Positions 19,031-28,998 of a stretch of 64,000 nucleotides of DNA are shown here, one piece after another. The stretch is from the NCBI GenBank assembly GCA_964346795.1, contig CAYFWD010000001.1, positions 4,337 through 68,336 of the forward strand. Reading direction: 5' to 3'. How positions within the stretch are numbered: position 1 is the first letter of the stretch; each line of letters opens with the position of its first letter. The translations under genes were made by a program, and so were the position numbers. The DNA comes from an uncultured Bacteroidaceae bacterium (GTDB taxonomy: Bacteria; Bacteroidota; Bacteroidia; Bacteroidales; P3). Below the pieces are notes generated by a model. The model was given only the letters and a program-made list of their open reading frames with translations, was not told where the DNA came from and did not search any database.

Positions 19031-20932
19031 ATGAAAGGTAAAATTAACGTAAAGACCGAAAACATCTTCCCAATCATTAAGAAGTTTCTCTACTCAGACC
19101 ACGAAATCTTCCTAAGAGAGATTGTTGCCAATGCAGTAGATGCAACACAAAAACTCAAGACATTGGCTTCTTTGGGAGAATTTAAAGGCGAACTTGGAGA
19201 CTTAACAATTGAAGTTAAACTTGACAAGAAGAAGAAAACCCTTAGCGTTATTGATAGAGGCGTGGGTATGACAAAGGAAGAAGTTGATAAGTATATTAAC
19301 GAAATTGCATTCTCAGGAGCAGAAGAATTTGTTGAGAAATTTAAAGGGAAGAGCGAACTGGAGCAAAATCAACTCATAGGACATTTTGGACTTGGATTCT
19401 ACTCTTCTTTTATGGTAAGTAAGGAAGTTGAGTTTAAGACCCTGTCATTTCTTCCAGATAGCAAGGCTGTTCGCTGGTGGTGCGATGGAAACACAGAATA
19501 TTCTATTGAAGAGATAGAAAAAGAAGGAAGAGGCACAGAAATAATAATGCATATAGATTCCGAAAACAAAGAGTTCTTAGAAGAAGGAAGAATACTTGAG
19601 ATATTGAAGAAGTATTGCAAATTTATGCCTGTTGAAATACGCTTTGGAGAAGAGACCTATTGGGAAGATTCTGAAGAAGAAAAGGACGAAAAAGGAAATC
19701 CTAAAAGAGTTCAAAAAACCAGACCAAGAATAATAAACAACACAAATCCACTATGGAAAAAGAAACCTGCAGAGCTAAAAGACGAAGACTATAAAGACTT
19801 TTACAGGGAACTCTACCCTATGAACTTTGATGAGCCACTATTCCATATCCACCTAAATGTTGACTACCCATTCAACCTTACAGGAGTACTTTACTTCCCT
19901 AAGGTAAGGAAAAACATTGACCCTAATAAAGACAAAATCCAGCTATACTCCAATCAAGTATTCATAACCGACAATGTAGAAGGAGTTGTTCCAGACTATA
20001 TGATGTTGCTTCGTGGAGTGTTAGACTCACCTGATATACCACTTAATGTCAGCCGTTCATACCTGCAATCAGACTCAAATGTAAAGAAAATATCTTCACA
20101 TATAACCAAGAAAGTAGCCGATAAATTAGATGAAATCTACAAAAACAACCCAGAAGAATACAAGAAGAAATGGGACGAAATAAAGATTTTCATAGAATAT
20201 GGTATGCTATCCGATGAGAAGTTTTATCAAAGAGCAGAAAAGATATATCTCTTTAAGAACATAGAAAACGAATACTTCTCAATAGAAGACTATACAAAAA
20301 AGATAAAACCACTACAAACAGATAAGGACAAGAAATTAGTCTATCTATATGCCAATAACACTGATTCACAATACGCATACATTCAATCAGCTAAAGACAA
20401 AGGCTACGATATACTCCTAATGGATGGCATATTGGACAATCACTTTGTTAACCTTATGGAACAAAAGCTAAGCGACAGCAGGTTCGTAAGAATAGATAGC
20501 GATGTTATAGAAAAGCTTATTCCTAAGGACGAAATTATCCCTTCCATACTATCAGAAGAAGAGACTAACAAATTGAAAGAACTTGTGGAAGAACAGATAG
20601 ACAAGCAAAAATTCACCGTAATAATGGAGAGCCTAAACCAAACAGACAGCCCTCTAACCATTACACAAAACGAATTTATGCGAAGAATGAAAGAGATGAG
20701 CCAGATGCAAGGAGGAGGAATGGCATCGCTCTATGGCGAAATGCCTGACAGCTACAACTTAGTAGTAAACATCAACCATCCACTAATGAGTGAGCTCTTA
20801 AAGGAAGAAAACAAGGACAGACAAACCCAAATACTCACCCAACTAAAAGACCTTGCACTGCTAAGCCAAGGACTACTAAAAGGCGAAGAACTAAACAATT
20901 TCATACAACGTTCCATAGGTATTATAAAGTAA
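19031..20932 (+). CDS. htpG: Molecular chaperone HtpG (Hsp90)
   Basis: The GHKL ATPase N-terminus 'FLREIVANAVDA' and 'GHFGLGFYS' are present. The ATG at 19031 (MKGKINVKTENI...) is preferred over the track's TTG at 18971. Confidence 0.94.
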   Translation: MKGKINVKTENIFPIIKKFLYSDHEIFLREIVANAVDATQKLKTLASLGEFKGELGDLTIEVKLDKKKKTLSVIDRGVGMTKEEVDKYINEIAFSGAEEFVEKFKGKSELEQNQLIGHFGLGFYSSFMVSKEVEFKTLSFLPDSKAVRWWCDGNTEYSIEEIEKEGRGTEIIMHIDSENKEFLEEGRILEILKKYCKFMPVEIRFGEETYWEDSEEEKDEKGNPKRVQKTRPRIINNTNPLWKKKPAELKDEDYKDFYRELYPMNFDEPLFHIHLNVDYPFNLTGVLYFPKVRKNIDPNKDKIQLYSNQVFITDNVEGVVPDYMMLLRGVLDSPDIPLNVSRSYLQSDSNVKKISSHITKKVADKLDEIYKNNPEEYKKKWDEIKIFIEYGMLSDEKFYQRAEKIYLFKNIENEYFSIEDYTKKIKPLQTDKDKKLVYLYANNTDSQYAYIQSAKDKGYDILLMDGILDNHFVNLMEQKLSDSRFVRIDSDVIEKLIPKDEIIPSILSEEETNKLKELVEEQIDKQKFTVIMESLNQTDSPLTITQNEFMRRMKEMSQMQGGGMASLYGEMPDSYNLVVNINHPLMSELLKEENKDRQTQILTQLKDLALLSQGLLKGEELNNFIQRSIGIIK

Positions 20933-20956
20933 AACATTTATTTTAATCATAACAAA

Positions 20957-20997
20957 AATAGGCTATATACTATATTTAGTATCATAGCCTATTTTAA
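20957..20997 (+). terminator. Hairpin terminator after htpG
   Basis: Stem AATAGGCTAT (20957-20966) pairs with ATAGCCTATT (20984-20993), followed by a short T-rich tail. Confidence 0.55.
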
Positions 20998-21209
20998 TAG
21001 GGAAACTTTAACTTCTAAATTTAACCTAATAATATAGTTTTCTTTACAAAAACCATATTGTAAAGAAATTAATATTATCTTTGCTCCATAAAATTCTTTT
21101 TAGAATAATAATTATTTAAAAAACATTGTGAATCTGATATACGAAAAATAAAATTTAATTTACCATAAAAAAAACATTCTTAAAACCAATCTTATGGCTT
21201 ATTGCAATA

Positions 21210-21650
21210 ATGTTTATAAGCCCAATATTCTTAGCATCAAGCTGTAATAATGAACAAGAACTAACATCAATAAACCAAGAATTAATTATTGGCTCTTGGG
21301 GAAGTTATAAGATTACTGAAATAGAATATGTTAATGGACAAATAGAAAGTACAGACACAATATTAACTCCAATAGGACATTCTGATTATATTGCTGTAAC
21401 TTTTACTCCTGATGGGAAATTTATATATAATGGCGAGGACACCATGACTTATTCTATTACAGGAAACAATCTAAGTATTTTTTATGTAGGAGAGGTTAAA
21501 AAATATAGCATACAAACCTTAACGCAAAAAAATCTTACTATTTCTTTTGATGAAATTGAAACTGACATGGGAGAAAGGACTATATTTAGCTTAACTACAT
21601 TTTTTGAAAGAATTTCTAATACAAATCCAATAAAAACCACTAAGAAATAA
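21210..21650 (+). CDS. Small lipoprotein of unknown function (lipocalin-like size); the true start may be upstream at 21165 (ATA)
   Basis: 146 aa with the lipobox 'FLASSC'. The ATG-initiated signal peptide lacks a charged n-region. The in-frame upstream extension reads IKKTFLKPILWLIAIMFISPIFLASSC. Confidence 0.55.
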   Translation: MFISPIFLASSCNNEQELTSINQELIIGSWGSYKITEIEYVNGQIESTDTILTPIGHSDYIAVTFTPDGKFIYNGEDTMTYSITGNNLSIFYVGEVKKYSIQTLTQKNLTISFDEIETDMGERTIFSLTTFFERISNTNPIKTTKK

Positions 21651-21687
21651 ATAATTTATTTCCGTAGTGTTTTAATAAATAGATGCC

Positions 21688-21840
21688 AAAAAAAATAAAT
21701 TACCGACTTTTAATATTTATCTCCTAGATAATTTATTTTTTCTAGGAGATAATTTTATTTATACGCCGTCTTTTTCTATTTAAGTCAAGTTTATTTTGAA
21801 AAAAACTAAGCTTATTTTGAAAAAAGTTAAGTCTAATTTT
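21688..21840. repeat. Copy C of the dispersed composite intergenic repeat, in inverted orientation relative to copies B and D
   Basis: 'TACCGACTT' is followed by the hairpin TTATCTCCTAGATA (21717-21730) / TCTAGGAGATAA (21741-21752). Then come 'ATACGCCGTCTTTTT' and three 21-bp units (AAGTCAAGTTT / AAACTAAGCTT / AAGTTAAGTCT). Confidence 0.8.
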
Positions 21841-22010
21841 TCTATAATCAAATTACAGGAAATTAAAATCAAATTCTACAGAAATAGAATCAAGTTCTGC
21901 AGACAGCTTCTAAATCACTGCTAATCAATTATGCTTTTCTTTATTATTTATTTTGTAATTAGAAAATTAAATCGTAGTTTTGCAAGACTAATCATTTAAT
22001 ATTTATTGTT

Positions 22011-22457
22011 ATGAATTACAAATTAAGATTATTCCTTATCATAGGAATTGCAAGTTTGACTTTTTCTTCTTTTTCTAAGAAAGAAAATAGTGAAGATAAT
22101 AAACAAGCTATTGAAGAGCTTAATCAAAAATCAGATTCTTTCCCTGATGGAACTTACATTAGCAGTGGTGGTACTTCAATAAAAGAAACTTATGTTAACA
22201 ATAAACTAATAAAGAGAGTTGTTGATGGTAAGGAGGTTTCTATTGACATTGATTTCAACAAAGTTATTTATTATGGCTCTGATTCTGAAGATAGGTCTCT
22301 TAAACTTTGTATTATTTTAGACAAATCGGATTATTCTTGCATAAGTTCAAGAAAAGCTGTGAATTCAAATAATGAGTTTATTTGGATTGTTGAGTATAGT
22401 AAAAAGACTCCTTGTTGGTATCAAGAATATAAAAATCATACTAATAAAAGCAAATAA
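22011..22457 (+). CDS. Small secreted hypothetical protein
   Basis: 148 aa with an N-terminal signal-like segment (MNYKLRLFLIIGIASLTFSSFS). I do not recognise a family. Confidence 0.45.
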   Translation: MNYKLRLFLIIGIASLTFSSFSKKENSEDNKQAIEELNQKSDSFPDGTYISSGGTSIKETYVNNKLIKRVVDGKEVSIDIDFNKVIYYGSDSEDRSLKLCIILDKSDYSCISSRKAVNSNNEFIWIVEYSKKTPCWYQEYKNHTNKSK

Positions 22458-22502
22458 TATTGTTTTTTTGCATTAAATTATTGCAAGAATGGAAAATTAT
22501 TG

Positions 22503-22510
22503 TATTTTTG
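22503..22510 (+). promoter_or_regulatory. -7 box (TATTTTTG) for the rpsF-rpsR-rplI operon
   Basis: Exact TAnnTTTG match, 56 nt upstream of the rpsF ATG. Confidence 0.5.
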
Positions 22511-22565
22511 CAAACTCTTTTCAAGGGGAAAAGACATAATTTATTAATACAAAATCAAATAATTA

Positions 22566-22988
22566 ATGGTAAGACAGTACGAAACCGTTTTCATTATGAC
22601 TCCCGTTTTATCTGACCAACAGATAAAGGAAACGGTACAAAAGTATCAGTCATTATTGACTGAAAGTGGAGCTGAAATTGTTTATGAAAACAATTGGGGA
22701 ATGCGTAAATTGGCATATCCTATTCAAAAGAAATCAACAGGATTCTATTATCTAATTGAGTTTAGAGCAGAAGGCGAAGTTATTGCTAAGCTTGAAACAG
22801 CTTTCAAAAGAGATGAAAAACTTCTTCGTTTCCTAACAGTTTCTTTAGACAAACATGCTATTGCATACAACGAAAAGAAACGTTCAGGAGGAATGAGAAA
22901 ACAACAAGAGGCAGCTATGGCAAAACAAGAACCTGTTATGCCTAAAGTTAAAGATATGCCGAAGATTGAAGAAGAGGACGAAGATTAA
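22566..22988 (+). CDS. rpsF: 30S ribosomal protein S6
   Basis: '[13 protein letters not shown]' is a typical S6 N-terminus. The C-tail is acidic and the gene leads the S6-S18-L9 operon. Confidence 0.95.
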   Translation: MVRQYETVFIMTPVLSDQQIKETVQKYQSLLTESGAEIVYENNWGMRKLAYPIQKKSTGFYYLIEFRAEGEVIAKLETAFKRDEKLLRFLTVSLDKHAIAYNEKKRSGGMRKQQEAAMAKQEPVMPKVKDMPKIEEEDED

Positions 22989-23010
22989 TTAATTAAAAAT
23001 TCAAAAGAAA

Positions 23011-23277
23011 ATGGCAAATCAAACAGAGATAAAATATTTAACCCCAATTACGGTTGAAACTCAAAGAAAGAAATACTGCCGCTTTAAGAAAAGTGGTATA
23101 AAGTATATTGATTATAAAGATGCAGATTTCCTTTTAAAGTTTGTTAATGAACAAGGTAAACTTCTTCCAAGAAGATTAACCGGAACTTCTAACAAATATC
23201 AAAAGAAGGTTGCACAAGCAGTTAAGAGAGCACGTCATTTGGCACTTATGCCTTACGTTGCAGATTTATTAAAATAA
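23011..23277 (+). CDS. rpsR: 30S ribosomal protein S18
   Basis: 88 aa with '[16 protein letters not shown]...[17 protein letters not shown]', the S18 signature. Confidence 0.95.
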   Translation: MANQTEIKYLTPITVETQRKKYCRFKKSGIKYIDYKDADFLLKFVNEQGKLLPRRLTGTSNKYQKKVAQAVKRARHLALMPYVADLLK

Positions 23278-23295
23278 TTAAGGAGGAAATCATAG

Positions 23296-23748
23296 ATGGA
23301 AGTTATATTAAAACAAGATATGAATAACCTTGGTTACAAGGATGACATAGTAAAGGTAAAAGATGGTTATGCAAACAACTATCTAATTCCTCAAGGATAT
23401 GCTATGGTTGCAACAGCTTCTAACAAGAAAATGATTGCAGAAAATCTTAAACAAAGAGCATTTAAGGAAGAAAAGATGCGTAAAGACGCTGAATCTTTAG
23501 TTGCTGCTTATGCTAAGATTGAAGGATTGAAGATTGGAGCTAAAGCATCAGAAAATGGTAAGATATTTGGTTCTGTAAATGCAATTCAAATTGCTGATTC
23601 TATTAAAGAACAGTTTGATATTGAAGTTGACAGAAAGAGAATTACTATTAAGGGAGATACAATAAAAACTCTTGGAACTTACAAGGCAACTATTTCAGCT
23701 TATAAAGACCTTAAAGCAGAAATTGAATTTGAAGTTGTAGCAGAGTAA
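23296..23748 (+). CDS. rplI: 50S ribosomal protein L9
   Basis: 150 aa with 'MEVILKQDMNNLGYKDDIVKVKDGYANNYLIPQGYA', the L9 N-domain. Confidence 0.95.
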   Translation: MEVILKQDMNNLGYKDDIVKVKDGYANNYLIPQGYAMVATASNKKMIAENLKQRAFKEEKMRKDAESLVAAYAKIEGLKIGAKASENGKIFGSVNAIQIADSIKEQFDIEVDRKRITIKGDTIKTLGTYKATISAYKDLKAEIEFEVVAE

Positions 23749-23773
23749 TAACTAAATTCAAATATTATATTTG

Positions 23774-23805
23774 GACCTTTGGAAAACCTCCAAAGGTCTT
23801 TTTTT
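23774..23805 (+). terminator. Intrinsic terminator after rplI
   Basis: A perfect 10-bp stem GACCTTTGGA / TCCAAAGGTC with a 5-nt loop, followed by seven T. Confidence 0.85.
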
Positions 23806-23840
23806 ATCCCTAAATAAAAGCAAGTTGAATAAAAAAGATT

Positions 23841-23848
23841 TATTTTTG
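23841..23848 (+). promoter_or_regulatory. -7 box (TATTTTTG) for the TrmH-family methyltransferase gene
   Basis: Exact TAnnTTTG match, 22 nt upstream of the ATG at 23870. Confidence 0.45.
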
Positions 23849-23869
23849 CAAAACTAATTAAAAAAAGAG

Positions 23870-24637
23870 ATGTTGTCAAAAGCAGAGATAAAGAGAATAT
23901 CTTCTCTCAAAGAAGCAAAACATAGAAATCAAGACAAGGTTTTTGTTGTTGAGGGAGTGAAGATGGTTGAAGAGCTTCTTCACTCTTGCTTTGAGATAGA
24001 AAAGATATTTGGCTTAAAGCAATGGATAGAGAACAATTCAAGTAAAACATTAAAAAAAACAAATAACATAATTGAAATTACGGAAGAGGAGTTAAAAAAG
24101 ATAAGTTCTTTCACAACTCCTAATCAAGTTTTGGCTATTGTAAAGATGCCTCCTTCAAAAGAAATCATCCTAAAAGACAGATTGATTATTGTTTTAGATA
24201 ATATTAATGACCCTGGAAATTTAGGGACAATTATCCGAATTGCTGACTGGTTTGGAATAGAAGATATAATTTGTTCTGAAAACACTGTTGACCAATTTAA
24301 CTCAAAGGTTATTCAATCAACAATGGGTTCTTTGTTTAGAGTAAACCTAACCTATACTAACCTTTCTCTTTTCCTTCAAAGCCTTCCAAATAACTATCCT
24401 ATTTATGGAGCTATTGTTGAAAAAGGAGATAATATATATCAAGCGAATATTCAAAATCACGGAATAGTTATAATCGGAAGCGAATCTCACGGAATAAGTA
24501 AAGATATTCTAGAGCTAATAAACAGCCCTATAACCATACCTAATTTCTCTAAAGGAGCTGAATCACTAAACGCAAGTATTGCAACGGGAATAATTATTTC
24601 GGAGTTTAGAAGAAGACAAAAACAAAATTCAAAATAA
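23870..24637 (+). CDS. TrmH/SpoU-family RNA 2'-O-methyltransferase
   Basis: 255 aa with the SPOUT motifs 'LDNINDPGNLGTIIRIADWFG', 'IGSESHGIS' and 'ESLNASIATGI'. Confidence 0.85.
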   Translation: MLSKAEIKRISSLKEAKHRNQDKVFVVEGVKMVEELLHSCFEIEKIFGLKQWIENNSSKTLKKTNNIIEITEEELKKISSFTTPNQVLAIVKMPPSKEIILKDRLIIVLDNINDPGNLGTIIRIADWFGIEDIICSENTVDQFNSKVIQSTMGSLFRVNLTYTNLSLFLQSLPNNYPIYGAIVEKGDNIYQANIQNHGIVIIGSESHGISKDILELINSPITIPNFSKGAESLNASIATGIIISEFRRRQKQNSK

Positions 24638-24647
24638 TTGATAATAT

Positions 24648-26498
24648 ATGAGATTTAAAACATTAGAGCAAAAGCAGGGAAAAAAAATAATAAATTTCTT
24701 CCTGTTTTTAATTTATATTATTGCCCTATATCCTTTAACTAAGATTGGTTTTACCGTTGGAGATGATATAGATTTATTTGTTATCTGTACTTCTGGGCGA
24801 TGGAATGAAGTTGTTGGAGACCTGCCTTATTTGCATGGAAGGTTCTATTTCTTTATTACTCGCTGGATATATGCTTTACCTTATTTAATAGATTCTCCAA
24901 TTTATTTTTCCACACTTTTAATACTTCCAATTGCTTTATGTTTTATTGCCTTTGTACAATTTATTAATAAGCTTTTCAACAACTCCAATATTACCCTTTT
25001 TTCTGCACTACTACTTATAGCAACTTTTCAAATAATGGGTTTTCACTCTTCAACAACTTCCTATCCTTTCTACTTTACTTCTGCTCTTGCTTTAATATTA
25101 TTCTCATTTTCTTTGATGCTCTCCTACTACAATTCCAATAAAAAGTTCTACCTTTTTCTTTCTTCTTTTCTAATGTTTTTTGCAAGTCTTTACTATGAAA
25201 CATTTCTAATTTACTACCTTGTATTTCCTATTCTTGCCCTATGGAAAAGAGGAAATAAAAGTAAATCTTTCAAGCAAACTCTGTCTTTAGTTTTTATGGA
25301 CTTATTACCGTATTTAATATTTGTAACAATTTATTTGATAGCATACTTTGGATTTAAACATTTCTATCCTCCTCAATATTCAGGATTACAAATAGCAGAA
25401 AATCTAACTTTATTAGGGACATTAAAAACTATCTTAAAACTAACTCTCTATGCTTTACCACTTCAAGTGTATGTTGACTATAAAGGTTTAATAACGACTC
25501 CTTTGTTTTCTACAACAAACATACTTTTCTTTATTTCTTCTCTTCTAATAGCTGTTCTTACTTATATTTCTCTTAATGGGAATACAAAAATTAAACCTAA
25601 AACACTAATTATAATATTTCTATTAGGAATAGTTTTTGCTCTTTTACCTCAAGTTTTTATTGCTGTTACAAAGAAATATTATCTTCAAGGACTAAAAAAC
25701 TACGTCCCAACTTTTTTCTCTTTCTTTGCATATTCTATTAGTTTTATTGCAATACTACTATTAATTAAAAACTCATTAGAAAAATACCCTTTCTTAAAGC
25801 AAACTTATATTATAATCCTTTCAATATTTATTTTTATAACTGCTTTTCAAAGCCAAAGACAAAATAATGCTATTGGAAATGATTTGAAGCTTTCAACCGA
25901 ACGCTTAAGCTTAGTAAGAAAACTATTTAAAGAAAATATTATTAATCAGGAAAATCAAATATTTTGCCTTGAAGAAGCCCATCAAACAACTTCTCAACTT
26001 GGAAAATGGGTAACAACTCAAGGGTTTAAGTGGAAAGATTATGTTTATAAAACATCTAAAAAGAATGTAGATATTTACGATACTTATAGAGATTTTTACA
26101 TTGACTATAATAACGACACTACTAAATTGTGGGTTGTGTATTTTGGACAAAACCAATACCTCAACCACTCCAAACTTCTTCTTACACAAATCAGAGGAGA
26201 CTCATTACCTCCAAAGCAAAAAGATATTATTCCAAACAATCTTATTGAAATACCTCTTAATGGAAAAATTAGACAAATACCTTCAAATCTTATTAAAACC
26301 CCTATTTCTAAATGGGAAATAACAGAAGAAGAATTTTCAAAAGAGTATATAGAAGCTATTAACAAAACCCAAAAGAGAATAATGAATGACACTTTGTGGT
26401 ATGATAAAGTCAAGGAAAAGGCAAAGATGTCTAATATAAGCATTAAAAGGCAACTTCGTCAAGACGCTCAATGGGTTTTAGAACAAGATGGTTGGTAA
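24648..26498 (+). CDS. Large polytopic membrane protein of unknown function, with a soluble C-terminal domain
   Basis: 616 aa with about 10 or more hydrophobic segments and a hydrophilic tail of about 200 aa. The architecture is reminiscent of lipid-linked glycosyltransferases but I see no diagnostic motif. Confidence 0.55.
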   Translation: MRFKTLEQKQGKKIINFFLFLIYIIALYPLTKIGFTVGDDIDLFVICTSGRWNEVVGDLPYLHGRFYFFITRWIYALPYLIDSPIYFSTLLILPIALCFIAFVQFINKLFNNSNITLFSALLLIATFQIMGFHSSTTSYPFYFTSALALILFSFSLMLSYYNSNKKFYLFLSSFLMFFASLYYETFLIYYLVFPILALWKRGNKSKSFKQTLSLVFMDLLPYLIFVTIYLIAYFGFKHFYPPQYSGLQIAENLTLLGTLKTILKLTLYALPLQVYVDYKGLITTPLFSTTNILFFISSLLIAVLTYISLNGNTKIKPKTLIIIFLLGIVFALLPQVFIAVTKKYYLQGLKNYVPTFFSFFAYSISFIAILLLIKNSLEKYPFLKQTYIIILSIFIFITAFQSQRQNNAIGNDLKLSTERLSLVRKLFKENIINQENQIFCLEEAHQTTSQLGKWVTTQGFKWKDYVYKTSKKNVDIYDTYRDFYIDYNNDTTKLWVVYFGQNQYLNHSKLLLTQIRGDSLPPKQKDIIPNNLIEIPLNGKIRQIPSNLIKTPISKWEITEEEFSKEYIEAINKTQKRIMNDTLWYDKVKEKAKMSNISIKRQLRQDAQWVLEQDGW

Positions 26499-26514
26499 AT
26501 TATATTACAAAGAC

Positions 26515-27120
26515 TTAATCCAAAGAGAATAAAGACAACTCTCCCATAAGGTTAAAGGTTTTGCGGTGGTGGGGGGTTATGCCGAATTGTCTTATAGCTT
26601 CTCTATGTTCTTTTGTTGGATAACCTTTATTCTTTTGCCAGTTATACTCTGGGTATTCTTTTGCTAAGGCTTCCATGTATTCATCTCTATAAGTCTTGGC
26701 AAGAATTGAGGCTGCTGCTATTGATTGGTATTTCGCATCTCCTTTTACTATACATTTATAAGGTATGGTTAATTTAGAGCGGAAACGATTTCCGTCAATA
26801 AGAAGGAGTTCTATTGGTATTTTTATTTTCTCAATGGCACGTGTCATTGCCAAAAAGGAAGCGTTAAGAATGTTTATCTCATCTATTTCTTCATTTGAGA
26901 CAAAGCCAACTCCATAAGCTAAGGCTTCTTTTTCAATTATCTCTCTTAAGACTTTTCTTTGCTTAGCATTTAATTGTTTTGAGTCATTGAGAATATCATT
27001 TTGAAAGTCTTTTGGAAAAATTACTGCTGCTGCAAATACTCCCCCACTAAGGCAGCCTCTTCCTGCCTCATCAACTCCACACTCAATGGTTTGAGATGAT
27101 TGAAAAAATGGTAGTAGCAA
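26515..27120 (-). CDS. rnhB: Ribonuclease HII
   Basis: '[19 protein letters not shown]', 'DSKQL' and 'ASILAK' are RNase HII motifs. The start appears to be TTG because no in-frame ATG precedes the active site. Confidence 0.9.
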   Translation of the reverse strand: MLLPFFQSSQTIECGVDEAGRGCLSGGVFAAAVIFPKDFQNDILNDSKQLNAKQRKVLREIIEKEALAYGVGFVSNEEIDEINILNASFLAMTRAIEKIKIPIELLLIDGNRFRSKLTIPYKCIVKGDAKYQSIAAASILAKTYRDEYMEALAKEYPEYNWQKNKGYPTKEHREAIRQFGITPHHRKTFNLMGELSLFSLD

Positions 27121-27129
27121 TTCTTTGAA

Positions 27130-27819
27130 TTACTTAATATGTTTTAATATGCTTTCAAAGAAAATCTTTCCGTCAATATTTCCTAATTCCTTATCGGAAG
27201 TTCTTTCGGGGTGAGGCATCATTCCAAACACATTTCTTGTTTTATTGGTAATTCCTGCAATATTTTCTAATGAACCATTAGGATTAGACTCAGGGGTAAT
27301 ATTCCCTTTCTCATCACAATAACGGAAAAGTATTTGGTCATTATCGTTTAATCTCTTCAAGGTATCTTCACTTGCATAAAAATTTCCTTCTCCATGAGCG
27401 ATAGGAATATTATATGCTTGCCCTATATTTGCTTCTTTAGTGAAGATAGTATTATTTGTTTGAGGGGTTATAAACTGGTTTTTACAGATAAACTTTTGTG
27501 TGTTGTTGTGTCTAAGTGCTCCATCTAAAAGCTTTGATTCTGTAAGAACTTGGAAGCCGTTGCAAATTCCTATAACATAACCTCCTTTGTTAGCAAACTC
27601 AATAACATTCTTCATTATTGGAGAAAAACGAGCAATTGCTCCACTTCTAAGATAATCCCCATAAGAAAAACCTCCAGGGAGAACAATCAAATCACAGCCC
27701 TTTATGTCATTTGTTTTATGCCATAGTTCCACAACTTCTTGCCCTAAGAGATTGTGAAAAACATATATAATATCGTGGTCACAGTTTGAACCAGGAAAGA
27801 TAACAACTCCTATTTTCAT
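27130..27819 (-). CDS. purQ: Phosphoribosylformylglycinamidine synthase subunit PurQ (glutaminase)
   Basis: 229 aa with 'MKIGVVIFPGSNCDHD', the catalytic 'GICNGFQ' and 'HPER'. Confidence 0.92.
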   Translation of the reverse strand: MKIGVVIFPGSNCDHDIIYVFHNLLGQEVVELWHKTNDIKGCDLIVLPGGFSYGDYLRSGAIARFSPIMKNVIEFANKGGYVIGICNGFQVLTESKLLDGALRHNNTQKFICKNQFITPQTNNTIFTKEANIGQAYNIPIAHGEGNFYASEDTLKRLNDNDQILFRYCDEKGNITPESNPNGSLENIAGITNKTRNVFGMMPHPERTSDKELGNIDGKIFFESILKHIK

Positions 27820-27887
27820 TTTGTTTTATTTTTTATTTTGTGCAAATGTACGAAAAAACTCTCAATTAGATTAATTCTTCTTTATTC

Positions 27888-28868
27888 TTATAGGGATAAT
27901 ATTAGTTTTATCATGATTAAAACGAGTAGAATAGTAAAGTATATGTTTGAATAAATAAGCTTTCTTTTTGTTGTAAAGAAATTGAAAAACAAATAAGATA
28001 GTGGAAGAGCTATGAAAGTTATTATAAAGCATTTCCCTATGCAATAAAGTGCAATAAGGATTAGTATAAAGAAAAGTATTGTTATTACATTGGTCTTTTT
28101 TCTGTAATTGATATTGCAATCTCCCTTGGTTGAAATTGTGCTAATGAGTGAAAATAATGCAAATATACCTATTGTTATATAAAATATTATTTCTATTGGT
28201 TCAAGGGTAACAAATAAATTAGGTAAAAGGTCAACACTATAAATATATTTGTTTATGGCATCCTGCAAGGTGTTTGTTATGAAATAATAAACCAACAGGA
28301 AGATTATAGGTATTAGAAAGCCGAAGAAACTAATCAACCAATATCTCCACCTGTAAAACCTATAGTTAAGAAGGGTTAGTACTATCCATATAAGAAGAAG
28401 TATTGAAGGCGTGTAGGAAAGAAACGAGAGAGAAACAAATAAGGAAGCGTTAAAGATTTCATCTAAACCCTCATTTTTGTCAAAGCATTTGAAGAGAAAG
28501 TAAATACTAACTATCACAAAAGTATTAACAATTAAGGCAGGATTAATTGTCATTGAATAGTAGTTAGTGCTAAGCAGTAAAATATAGATAAAGGCAGGCA
28601 AAAGAGTATTCCTTGAAGAGAGTTGATTTTGAAAAAACAGACTATTTATTATTACACCTTGAATAATAACTAATAGAAAAGCAATAATTGTACTTAGGAT
28701 TTTGTTGGGAGAAAGAGCATTGTAGATTAAGGAATATAGAGGAGCATCATAATCTGTCTTTATAGCCTCTGGAGAAGATATAAAAGCAGGAATCCATAAT
28801 AGTAGAGGCACTATTATAATTAAGATTAGCTGCATTGTATAGTTCTTCTTAAAGGTCTTAACAAACAT
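27888..28868 (-). CDS. Polytopic membrane protein of unknown function
   Basis: 326 aa, almost entirely hydrophobic helices, with no recognised motif. Confidence 0.55.
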   Translation of the reverse strand: MFVKTFKKNYTMQLILIIIVPLLLWIPAFISSPEAIKTDYDAPLYSLIYNALSPNKILSTIIAFLLVIIQGVIINSLFFQNQLSSRNTLLPAFIYILLLSTNYYSMTINPALIVNTFVIVSIYFLFKCFDKNEGLDEIFNASLFVSLSFLSYTPSILLLIWIVLTLLNYRFYRWRYWLISFFGFLIPIIFLLVYYFITNTLQDAINKYIYSVDLLPNLFVTLEPIEIIFYITIGIFALFSLISTISTKGDCNINYRKKTNVITILFFILILIALYCIGKCFIITFIALPLSYLFFNFFTTKRKLIYSNIYFTILLVLIMIKLILSL

Positions 28869-28998
28869 AATAAACTACATTTTCAATCTACAAAAGTACT
28901 TAATATTCCTTTACGCAGCAATTAATATATTCTTTTTATCTGTTTTAGAAGCTATTTTTAAGTACTTATTATTATGTAAATAATATACAAGACTCTTT

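Noticed and set aside
27871-28119. 82-aa minus-strand ORF overlapping the 3' end of the 326-aa membrane protein gene
   Set aside because: It is an alternative frame of the same strand inside a longer, coherent membrane-protein ORF, with a low-complexity translation.
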